In this document: one piece after another, positions 1-12,300 of the stretch
Layout of the letters: the number at the start of each line of letters is the position of its first letter
Position numbering within the stretch: position 1 is the first letter of the stretch
Origin: Phoronis australis
Lineage: Eukaryota; Animalia; Phoronida
NCBI GenBank assembly: GCA_002633005.1
Contig: NMRA01000135.1
Coordinates: 828,649-892,648, forward strand
Reading direction: 5' to 3'
Length of the DNA: 64,000 nucleotides
Translations under genes and position numbers: made by a program
Notes under the pieces: model-generated
What the model saw: only the letters and a program-made list of their open reading frames with translations
Database searches by the model: none
What the model was told of the DNA's origin: nothing

Positions 1-1599
1 CCTCCCCATCGTCCTGTTTTCACGTAATTTCGCCAAGTGTCGCTCCTCCAAGCGCTCTCGCACTGTTGCCAGTTTACCGGGTGCTGAACAAGACTGCAGG
101 CTATTTCTTACTGATTTGTTCGCTAGTCACATGAATGTTGTCGTGTTGTTCATAATCTCCGTCTTCATTGTCATGATTGTCGTCGTCGTCCTCCCCATCG
201 TCCTGTTTTCGCGTATTTTCGCCAAGTGTCGCTCTCGTTTTTTGAGTCGCAAATTAGAGTCCAATGTTCTTGTTGGAAACCGAACAGTATACAGTAGAAT
301 TCTGTCATGACCTAATGACTATTGTGAGATAGATTTTATTCGAGTGAAAAACCTAATTAGATTGTCGTTTTTAAGCCAGCTAGACAGGGCAAAATGCAGC
401 TTTAATTATAGTTTACAGACCATGTCAAATACTTTGTGGTCTTATGGATATACAGCACCAAATTGCCTTCATTAATTTTCTATATTCAGCTGTCACAGTG
501 ATACGACACCCCATCATACTTCAACTGCCGGAACTCGACCAGTTATGGCTTTATTTTCCGCCGGTACGATCAAATTTCACACACTTTTTAATTTTCGTCT
601 GAGCTCCATGTACTGCTTGAAATTGAAAGGTGTCCGTCGCATAATACCTAAGGTGAGACAGGTGTCGTTTTGTCGATATACGGTATTATTTTAATTTGAA
701 TGTAATTTGCTTAGTCTCATGTCTTCTCCGTAGCGGAGTCTTAATACAATTCTTCTATCTCGATGATAATAAGATCTCTTACAGTATCAAAGTCGAGGTC
801 TTCGCTTCTGTTGAAATCTTATAAATACCATTTTTCCAACCCTATCGGCAATAGCGTCCTTCAGGATCGATAATGTGCTCTGTGTTTCAACCTCTGTAAA
901 GATCTTGAGTCGATTGCAGCGGTTATAATAATTTTACTGCAAAAACGGGACTATACTAAAGAGAACATTTTTTTACTCAATTTCGGTGCTCGCGTGAATT
1001 AACTTGCTAGAAGCTCGTGATGTTGTCAAAATCTACTTTCGGTGAGGTACATATTTGATGTAACAAAATTTGAATCAATTAGAATCCTCGTACACGTTTT
1101 GTGACGTAGACTAGGATACTTCACTGTAACCTGTTTATAACGTAGTTCTGTTTAGTGCACAATGCTTTCTCAAAATTTTCTTGAATAACTTAGTGTCATA
1201 AAATATAACAGGGCACTGGTTGTCAAGGCTCTTAGTCGAAAGTAATCAATTTTTTTAACATTATGAGCCTGAAAATCTTTTAAAATTTACATGACATTGC
1301 ATTGTAAAAGTTTCCACGAGCTTACTCCCAAGATAAATTAATAACAAACTAAAGTAGTACCAGTGTTCCTAATGTGTTAGAATTTACCTACGCTCCAAAA
1401 CATCAACTTTCCCCGAGTTCGTGAATAGAAATACATTCCACTGACCCATGAGCATGAAGACGGAAATGCTCCTTGAAATTCGCGATTAAAAATTACTCGG
1501 AAATGAGTGGACAGAAGAATTATGTAATTAATTTGTTACATCGATTCCGCAAATAAAATAAATTTGCCACTGATATTGATAAGTTAAAAATCCACCTAC

Positions 1600-1724
1600 C
1601 ATTGTCACTGAGATCAAAGATCGTGAACATTTTATCTTCCAATTTCGACTCACTAATTCTCGGTTGTTTGCTGTAAAATGAAAGCATAATCAAGTCCGTC
1701 GCTTCTGCAGTGGTCGCTTATATA
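1600..1724 (-). other. Possible promoter and short first exon (MFTIFDLSDN) of a neighbouring minus-strand gene
   Basis: TATATAAG at 1724-1717, AAAATG at 1630, and a G|gtaggt donor at 1600/1599. No downstream exon was confirmed. Confidence 0.25.
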
Positions 1725-4700
1725 CACACGCATTTACGTGCTTGATTTACGCGCTTTCTCGGCTCCCTGTTTATGGCAGGGGTGAACGATGGGTGATTGC
1801 CTTCAAGGTCTCGGTTACAGCTGGTCAACGGTTGACCCTTCTTGACCAAATGACCCACTGGGTCAGTTTATAGTTCCTTTGATTATCACTAGGTGGTGTC
1901 AGGGACGAAACAGTTCTTTGTTTGTTTATTAATCACTCACCAGGTGGTCACGTCCGTCTAGTCGTAGAACTGGGTCACCTGGAACTGCCGTAATTCCGTC
2001 AAAGAAAGGTTAAAGCAGCCTCATTGTGGGCCACAGTACATTATAATATGTTACAATTAAGCAATAGAAATACTTGTATATGATGGTAGTTACTATCTCA
2101 TAATTATCATTACATTTGACATAAGATCGGAAGACTGAAACATGAATCAAGAGTAAGTACTTCAATAAATAAATGAAATAATTAGCCTAAATCTAACACC
2201 TTCGTAAAAACAAAATTGTCAAAAGCAAAAATGATCGCTTGACATTAGTTGATTTGGATGTCCGGCGATATTTCAAGATGCTAGGATAATCCCGAAATGT
2301 CAAGATTTTTCGTATGGCTACAGATGCAGACACTTACAAACTTGGATAAACCTGCCACAATTATTAAACAGTTAAATTCAAGTTTTGTTACATTTGATTA
2401 CCGTTTTTTGATTTACTTTTCTCGGAGTTTAATGGGGCATTCTTGCGCCTAGTGGCTAATTGTTTATTGATTGAGAGAAGGAAGTTCGCGCGATTTCGAA
2501 AGAACGTGAATGGAGCATCACCTGTCGAGATGTTGTCGAAATTTAGCCAGAATTTAAAAGGATTCTAGTCGAAAAGGAGTAGACATGTAGTCTCAGTTTT
2601 GTTCACCGAAACTTCGTCTAATTTCGTCGATGTCCAGCTTATTTTGAAAGCTACTATTACTTCTTAGTGTACTTAATTTATTGAATTTGAGCCAACGAAC
2701 GAAGTTTGTAAATGTATGGTATCATTGGGTAAATTCTTGATAAGTAGCGTACATCTACTGTAAAAAGGCAATAGTCGTATATAACGCGACCGTATTTTGA
2801 GAACCAGTTTGATGCCCGTTATTCAGTAAAGAAAATTAGTTCTCAAAATTCGACCATTACCCTGTAAAACAATACTCAAAATGTCGGAGTTGGAAAAACG
2901 AAGACTCACAAATAATGGCCGATTTACGAACTTATGCACCTCAAGATTGTGAGATTTTGACAGCAGAAAACAATTTATTGTTGCGGAATTTTTTCGGACA
3001 TTTTGAGACAAATTCAAGTGCCAGAGCAAACTTCCTAATTTCTATTTTTAGATAGTAAAACGGTCTTTCCGAAACATTACCGGTGAACTATTTTAAACCA
3101 TCTCTTTTGTTACTCACTGGGTAGGAAAAAACAAAAAATATACAATGCTAGGAAATTCCCCAGGTACTGATTACGGAATTAAGTATTTTGTAATTTTATC
3201 AATTTCTTGGAGCCAGGAGCAGGAAACGGAAGGTACAAGGCAGGTACTTTTAAGTTTAGATTAGTTGTTGAACAAACTGTCTTATTTCAATAGAATGGTT
3301 TTGCAGTGTTTGACATTTATTATTCGTCAAATTGAATCATCACAAAGTTTCGATCTAATGCATTTGCATTTAACCTTTAATTTCTCGGTGGAATAAATAA
3401 ATTACCTCGGTGGTAAAAAAGCTTCTTTTGCCTTATTTTGTGAATGAGGAACACTGATGGCGGGTCGGGATTTAGAATTGTCTCGAGAGGACAGTGCCCA
3501 CTGTAATTTTCAGAGGATATGAGAATTGCTTTGCCGTCATCGTTTTTTATTGTTTTTTTTTCGCTCGGAATGGAACCCATTGGAAGTAAGTTCGTCTGCG
3601 CTGGTATATTTTTGACTTAGTGGAAAATTTCCATTATTCACTGAACTCAACCATCTGTGGTTTTAACTAAATATTTTTTGACGTCAAGATCCATTTCTCA
3701 AACATGAATCAGTGAGAAAAGGTCTAATTTTGCTAGACCGCAGATTAGGGAACAGTTTCCTTACATACAAAAATATTCATAGAAATTCAAATATCTTTGC
3801 TGGTGATGCAGTACTTTACGACCTTGAAAATCGGAGCACACTCGTGTTACAGGTCAATTCTAAAGGTCGTCACCCCAGATGGCCGGCAGTTCTCGCTTTA
3901 AGTGTAAAATCTTTGAGCAGCTGTAGCACTTTCTGGCAATGAACGGCAAACAAAGAATCAGGCAATTTGATAGACATCCGTTTAGTGAACGGGGTTATGA
4001 TTGATTGTGGTGGCGGTGGTGGTGGTTGTCAAACAATTAGTTGTATTAAAAATGCTTCACATTGATAGAGCTCTATCCCGCATTCAAGTATTTGTGACTT
4101 TAAACAATGCGGTCATCGTTTATGGCAGCATATACCCATGTAAATTTCATAGTTCAGCGACGGAACAGTCAGTTATTTAAAAATGAATGTCGAGGAGTAT
4201 ATGAAAATAGGTCTACTCATCAAAGAAGCGTATTCCATGTTCTTTTCGTATTGTCGAAACTACTGTTACCTACGTTATCGATTTTATATATGTACAAAAT
4301 TTGTGACTTACTTAAAAAGACTAAATACTAAATAATACTACATCGATGGTAATTTGTACTTTTTCAGAGGGTTTTATATTGTTTTCTAAATAATCTCATT
4401 TAAAAAACTTTTAGTTCAGCGGTCATATTTGCTTTTGAACCTAGAGATAATAATAGACGTGCGATGTGATATTTGTACTGATAAGAATAATTGTTGTTTG
4501 ATTATATCAGTCCTGGGTAGAGTTCAGTAACGTTAGGACGTCGCTAAAATCAAGACTTCGCGAGATTACTTGAGATATTGTCGTGTGTATTTCAAATGCG
4601 AATACCTCATCTTGGCTAGATTATTCTAGTCGCGAGACAGCTACTGAACTTTACCCTGTTATCGCTGTTGCCATGATGGAAACGACGAGAACAGGCCTAA

Positions 4701-6097
4701 TATTATCAAATTGTGGAAAGACAAAAATAGCTGATTTTAACACAGGAATAAATACTGCTTTTATTGCACTTCAAATTGGCAGCACCAGTAATACATAGAA
4801 GTTCAACACATGAACGGGCACGACATTTACTAGCTGAAATGTCATTTGTCATGGAAACTTTCGCGATCACGAAACACAGCGATCAGAGGTTTTATTTGTC
4901 ATGGCGTTTACATTAAATCGGAAGATGTCTGAGACCCATCGAAGATAGCCCCGCACTGGATCCGACTGTTGTGTCCTCTTACACAGTTGGTGTAATTCGA
5001 CTTGGTTCAGTAAATTGTATACATAGACATTTGCAAAATACATCAATAAAACTGGCAAATAAATACGTAAATAAACAAATAAATAAAAATTAATAATCAC
5101 AGTCACGTTGAGCAATAAAGAATTATGAAACTAAACCTCACTTAATTTTAAATACTAGTCTACCATGCATCCTGTATTTAAGACTTAGTCTACCAGCCAT
5201 TTTGCATTTAAAAGAATACCTTTATTTCACAAGAAAGTGAAAGCATCATTTTGTTTGGATAAAACTCTATCCCGGCTCACTGGTTACAAAATAGATTCGA
5301 CGGTTCGAGCCGTGCGGCCTCCCCCCACAGTTGTCCTGTAACTCGCTCGAAGCGTTAGTGACATTGGCAAATTTATTTTGTACAGAATTTTCGAATCTTT
5401 TAAGGAATGACGAGCGTGCATAAAGCATTATTTTGTTTCAAAGATTTGAGTGTTAACTCGTCGTTATATTTAGTAAAATGTCAAAATCCGGGTTCAGTAT
5501 CCCTTTAAAAATTAATAATAAATAACATGTTTGACCTTGTGCTGTGGACCATTTTATATCTCCTTTTCATTTGGCAAGCTAATTATGACGAATTATGCAA
5601 AAGTTTCACTGATAATTAAGTTCTACATTCTCCTCAACTAGTCACGAATGAGAGGAACCGTAAATGGTCCATTTGCTCCTGAATGGAGCTACAGCAACGG
5701 AGCCTAAGGTGATACAGGTTTGAAAGAAAATACTGGTTCCTGACTTAACTGCTAACATTCTTCACACGCGGTAGCACTTTTCTCGATCAAAGAGTAGGCT
5801 ACATATATGACCGAGCAGAGAGTTCTAAAATACAACACATCCTAAAAGGCTGTTTTTAAAACTAACATGTTTTATGTAAGATGGTTTGTTTCCCCTCGCC
5901 CTCGTTCACTCCCCTGAGACGGGAAGGTAGGTCAGAAAATATATTTTTCTACCTCCCTGTGTTGTGCAGCACTGATTTCCTTTATACAAATGAATTATTT
6001 TTTCATTTTTGGACTATAGATAAATTTTTTGAATCGCACACATTTTTACGGTTCGGAGGGGAAATAAACTGAATCTTAATCTTAAGTCTAACCCTAA

Positions 6098-6360
6098 TTA
6101 CACGACGGGTCCATACTTCTCCGCACCTTGGTATATGTCTGTTATCAGTTTCTCCATGGCTATCTCCCCAACTGTTCCCCGGAAGAACAGTCTCTCAAGG
6201 GTGGCGCTAGTGACTACCCGCAGGGAGGGCAGCAACAGCAGCAGTTTGCCAAATCTGGTCACTTGCCCTGGAAACTGATGACGTATGTAGTCGACCAACA
6301 GCAGTTGCGTGTGATCTTGAAAACTCTCGACTATGAGACGATCGTGAAGGCCGAATGTTT
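6098..6360 (-). CDS. dsf: dsf-like exon 7: LBD C-terminus with AF-2 and stop
   Basis: ccacag|AA ACA TTC... encodes [22 protein letters not shown]...[13 protein letters not shown]...[21 protein letters not shown]...VV*. Confidence 0.93.
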
Positions 6361-9300
6361 CTGTGGAAACAGGGTGCCAGATGTTAGGAAGAAAATATGA
6401 TAATTAACAAACAATTTTGGGTGGTGTTGTTTCCTAAAGTTCTGAGAAATTGTCTTCTGCTTGCTCATATTTCTCATTTATTGCAAGTCAAAATATCAAT
6501 TTATCTAAGTTTTGTACTTTGAAAAATGACTTTGTAATATCTTTTATTGTTCGGAACAGTAGGTCTAAAACAGGATACCGGAAGACAAGTCATTTCATCT
6601 CTAGTTTGCATGATTTTTTTGTTGTTTTTATAACTCAGATTCTTTTAACAAAGTTGGAGATTGTGGAATAAATTTAAAGGCCACAGTAATCACCAACTAG
6701 TGATTTTTAACTTACCTGGTCGAAATAAAATGATGGCCTTGAGACAAGCATATTCTGTGGTGTCGATGGCAAATGCCTTAAAGCGGTCAGTGATGTCTTT
6801 TATATATCGTATGTCTGCCATTGCTGCGGCGAGTTTCTCTGAGTCGACATCTTGCGGTACAATTTTAGCGCAGTCGAGGATGCTACGTGCGTCCACTGGG
6901 ATATTCCACTGAGCCATGCTGAGAATGAACAAATCACGCCACGATTCTTCTAGCAGAGTAAGCTAAAAATAAAATACATTTGTTATTGAGAATCCTATCA
7001 TGTAAGCAGCTCAGGTGAGTTTTGGTCGTACACATGCATTTAATACGGTCGTGTGCACGAGATTACGAGCGACGTCACTGTCTTTATAACGAAACACTAC
7101 ATACTACGAACTTATTTAACTCAACGTCATCTTCATAAATCACTTCAATTTCCTGTGTAAGTAAAATGTAAGATAAGACCGCCTTCGATGCGACTGGGAG
7201 AACGTACAACTTCTTTGACAAAACGGGACCCAGGTGCCCAAGAAACGCACTCACTTTGGCTAGTCACGAGAATCAATTTAATTGAATGACAGTGGGTTTA
7301 AAATTGCATGGTTGCAGTACCTTACAATGTACAAATGAAAAAGGATGCACTAATGATAAATATGACAGCGCACGGCGCACTCGTTATCAAACATTATTCA
7401 GTCTCTTGACCTGCTTGGTTGACCTACTTATAGTCTGAAGCAATTAACAAGGTTACCGAATTTTTTTAGTTCCAAGCTAAAGCGTAGTGACTAAATATAC
7501 TCAAGGTTTTCAATAGAGTGCGGAAAAGATTCAAACAGAAGAACATTTCCAAATACATAATATTTTTAACTATAAAGCGAAATAATTTACTGACTCTGTA
7601 GTTGTCACACACCTTGAAAAAACTACCTTGCGTTTTCACAGGTTTTCTAGTTTTTACCATTTCCTTAAGTAGATTTGAGATTTTTAAAGAATTTTACATT
7701 ACAATAGATTACGAGTGAGCGAAGGTTCTTAGGCCTTGAGCTGAGCTGTCGAGATAACCACTCCGTCATAAATGAATAATGGTTATGAACAGTATATGGA
7801 GTTCACTTGGGATTAAAAACAATCAATTTTTGTCCATTTACCTGGTCTGTAGAGGTCAATGTTCTGAATGACGGAACGTGTTTGACCCAATTAATGACTG
7901 AGAAGAGCAGACGAGCGGTCACCTCTTGCATTGACTCTTTACCACTAGGCGGCAGCATAGTCGTTCCCGCTCTTGGAATCACGAAGGCTGAATCTTCCGA
8001 TTTCATAGCCAACCCGGATCTGCTATTCATTGGATTTTCCTGCAAGTGATTTTTTTTGTAATTTGTCTGTCCATCGTGCTTTTCATACAGCAAAAATAAA
8101 ATGTCAGTATGAAAATATTATTCTGCATTACGTTTTCTCCAAAGAGGGCCATAAATGATTTGAATCTCCATTTTCTTGCTCTGTTTAGGCTGTTCATAAA
8201 ATTGGTCTCATAGTATACCATAGTGTGGTAGGATTCCATTTCCGTTACCAACGAGGCGCCATTTTCGCCTTGCAGTTGGATAACCCCAATAAATTCTGAA
8301 AAGTGTTCATGAGTCATGGCTCAGATGTCCTTGTTGGTAACCGTAATGTAATATTATCCCTATCAGGACAAGGCCAATTTTATGAGAGAAAAAGCCATTG
8401 AAGCGAGACGAAAAGCAGCTTCAGATTCATATTACGTGCAAATCCGACTGACGAATATAGGCAAATTAAAGTTTTTAAGAATAGTCGCCGGAATAACGAG
8501 ACTTCTTCATCTTTTGTTGCAACAACTGGCAGTGTGAGTAGAAACATTTAAGATGCTTTTTGTTGAACATAATTGAATTCGGAAGTCTTTGTCAAAATTA
8601 ATCATGATTTCTCAACATGATATTATTGTGCATTTTTGTGTTCAGCTTTTGAATTTCGTTCCGGTTACCGTATGTTTCCTACCTGGAAATGTTCCGCAGT
8701 CATTAACGAGTGCAGAAAACCCGCCTGGTAAGCCTGTTGGTATATTGACGCCACGAACGGTTCTGGCCGGGTACGGAAGTCAACGGGACTGATACTCTCC
8801 GGTAAGCTGGGACTGGACGAGGCAGATGTCAGGGAATCCGGTTTGCATTTAGGCTTCCGGGGTCCCCTTTCGTGTTGCACAGCTGGGAAACATCAAGGAA
8901 TGCATTTAACATAAAAAGGTATATTCTACAAATATATATTAGTCTTATTTTTAAAAGCCACCTGCAGCGCCATCTATAGTCATGTTTTGCTTCCTGTAGA
9001 ACGTTTCCAGAGGGTTTTGACATGGCTATTTTTTTCTGTTTTTACTTTCACACGATGTACACAATGGACCGAGTAGAGTGTCTAGCTGCAGTATTGTTCA
9101 GCTTCATTCGTCAACGGCCTCAAACTTGATTCAGTTTCAGGTCCGTGGGTTTAAACAGGGTCCAATGTAAAACTCAAAAAGCACTGCTCCAGATTTTTAT
9201 CTTTCCAATGACCAAAAATGGTTTTCCACTTCGCCATCCTTTTTGGGTAACTTAACTTTAAATCTTCGCCAGCAGAAATGAAAATTTGCTAAATCGGAAA

Positions 9301-12300
9301 TTGATTTTGTAACTTAACCTTCAGCGCCCCTGTTGGACAAGGTGTCAAAACCAGGAGTAGCCACATACTGCAAAGGACAAGATATTTTTACGGCACTGTC
9401 TGGGTAATATATATTTTTTATTTACTCGTGTGGACGATTAAAACGTTACTTTTCAAGAAAGCTGGCACCACGTTACCGAATTAGAACCGATTGTTTCATT
9501 TTGAGGCCTATTCGCGTTTTGAGTGCATGGAAAAACCAAACGAAATCAGATACGTGTGCACGGAATTTTGTTGAATATAAAAAGCACGTTGTCAACATTC
9601 GGACAGGTGCTAACAATGACAATTATCTTGAGCAGTCGAAGATTGCAAACTTAAAATTGTAGTAATGCTTCCTCACCATCTTTATTCATGTTTGCCTCAA
9701 AGCAGCGCTTCAGTCGACATGCTCTGCATTGGTTTCGATGCGTTTTGTCTATGGGACATTGGCCTTTGTGATCGCCTTGAGCTTTGCAAGTGTAGAAACG
9801 TCCACGGTGAATGCTGCGTTTGAAGAAACCGGAACACCCTGCGAATTAAACAGCAGCTGTTGCAGATTGTGTAACAAAACGGCAATACGGAGACAATGGC
9901 GTCCTAATGAACACAATCAATTAGTGGTTTCCACGGTTCACCATTTTTGCATTAATTAGTGACTTTCAGCAAAATTGCGCGCGCGTGGAAGTTTGAAGAT
10001 TTTTGTTGAGAAATTTGTAATCAAAAGGCGATTTTATGGTTACATGTATATTTTATTCAACTGAGACCTGAAACCACTGACTGATTCATGAAATCTCTTT
10101 TACAAAGTTTGGGAAATGTGAATCCTGACTAACGCAGAGAAAAGCTATCCACTCTGAGATACAATGTCCACATGTTTTAGCTGAATAATGCCTTTATCTC
10201 TCAAGGAACCCACTTAATTATGCAAAAGTGACAGAACCATTTTGTGAAATCACTAGAACACAGCGGGCTTGAATCTCATCAACACAATACAAGTAGGCTG
10301 AACATGTCAACACGATACATTACATGTTTCTGTAGTAGATAAAGCGCTTACCGTCACACGTATATATCCCGTAGTGTTTTCCAGAGCTTCGATCGCCGCA
10401 TACTTTACAAGGTATGTCCAACAGTCGATCACCTATGGAAATGTTAAACATTTTTTAATGAAGCAATTCTTCTGTTCGTTCATACGTTGCAAAAAGGTAC
10501 AGTTCATAGGAGGGTTTTGAAAGCTTTCTACAGATTCGTACACATGGCGTTGTCGTAAATTGAATAAAAACGTTAAACTTTAAAATTTTCTAATAATTCC
10601 CACAACACATAATTAATTGTCGATGAGTAAAAGTACATCAGTGGTAGCAGTTACAAAGATTAAAGTTTTCATAAGCGGCTTCACAAATCCACTTGTTATA
10701 TCTCGTTTGTTTGTTATGTATCGGATATCTAAGAACGCCGCGAACTTTTGACGTATTAGTTTTATAAGTAACGTGACAAACTTGTTCCTTAAAGTGTTGA
10801 AATGAAGTCAGTAAAATAACAGGTTCATGTCTTAAAGAAATATAGGCAAGACAGAATTCGTGAACGCGTCCCAAAAGAAAAATTTCCTTCAGACTTACAT
10901 GTAGATCTATCGCGTCGAAAATAAGAATTGCGTCAACCAGTCACTGTTTAGAAGCAAGGAATGATCTACTGAGTGAATTTTCTGCCACGCTGAGGTCGAG
11001 ATTTAAGAAAAATTAACATTATAATTCAATTCTGCTAACAGGGCATATCTCATTGCTACAGTGCTAACAAAAGTGTTTACAGCTTCGCCTCTACTTTTAT
11101 GTTTACCGAATGCTTGTTTTTTCTAGAACTTGAACACTACACCTCCGAGGGATTCATTTTGAAAATTCTTAAGTGAGGGATCAAACAGGTCTATTATGAC
11201 TACACTGGCATAACATGTACAATTCAATTAAACCTAATGAGGCGTACATCCTATGAGCTGTGTTCTCTTTGTTTTGTGTATACCAGGCTAAAGACAGTAG
11301 TCTTCGATTTTAATTATGTGTTCAAGCAAATATCAGCTGACTTGGTCCTTTGTTTGCGCCATTGATTTGTTGTTGTCGAGGGTTTTAATTAACGGCCAGG
11401 TCTGCTCAGTATTGTCGCGGGCTTAAAAGTTAACCGACATTCTCATTAATAACCTAAATCATATGTAGAAAATATTCTTCAATTGACCATATTCCTTTCT
11501 CATTTACCGCGTTTACCCTTGCTCGACACCTAACGACACATTGTATCGTGTTGGCTTAATCACCCTTGCACGCAGTGCTTGACATCGAAGTACGCGTAGC
11601 TTCAATAATTTCAGTTACGACTGTGGACCCAGACAAGAAATTTCAGGCCCAGTCATGTTGATTGACCCATATATCAAATATTGTGACCAGAAACTTTTTT
11701 TCTTGTAATTAGATCTACGACAACGAAAAATTTCCATTTCACGATTATGTGCCATTTTCCATTTTCTTAGTCCGTGCTCTGCTTTTCGTTAGGTTTCAAA
11801 ACCTTTCCGTCCACGCGTAACGTTTTCGTATCATTTAGATTACCATTCACAAGACGGTATTTCTTGAAAATTTAACGTTTTCGACGTCAACATGAATACA
11901 GCAAATTTGAGCTTTAAAAATTCATTAAGAAGGACATTTTAAATTGTTTCGGTTGCCGTTTTTACATACAGATGAAGAGTTCCTGTTACTACGCACTAAC
12001 TACGTGGCGCGCCCTCTTTAGGAAGATATCTCTTGCAGTGTCCGGCTTGTTGACGCAACTAGTTCGATTATTGGTGTATTTGGCGATCAATACATACAAT
12101 CTGGGTAAGGCAGGTATGTCTGGTATTACAGATCTATTGATGACGTATCTTCAGATGTCTTAACATACCGAAAGGCATATTTTCTATGTATCTGAGCTAT
12201 ACTTGTTTAATTACATTTTCTCCGTATCATGCTTCGGCACATAAACCAGTAGTGTGACACAGCGTCCCCATACGTCAGAACTCACACCGGACGTATTATG

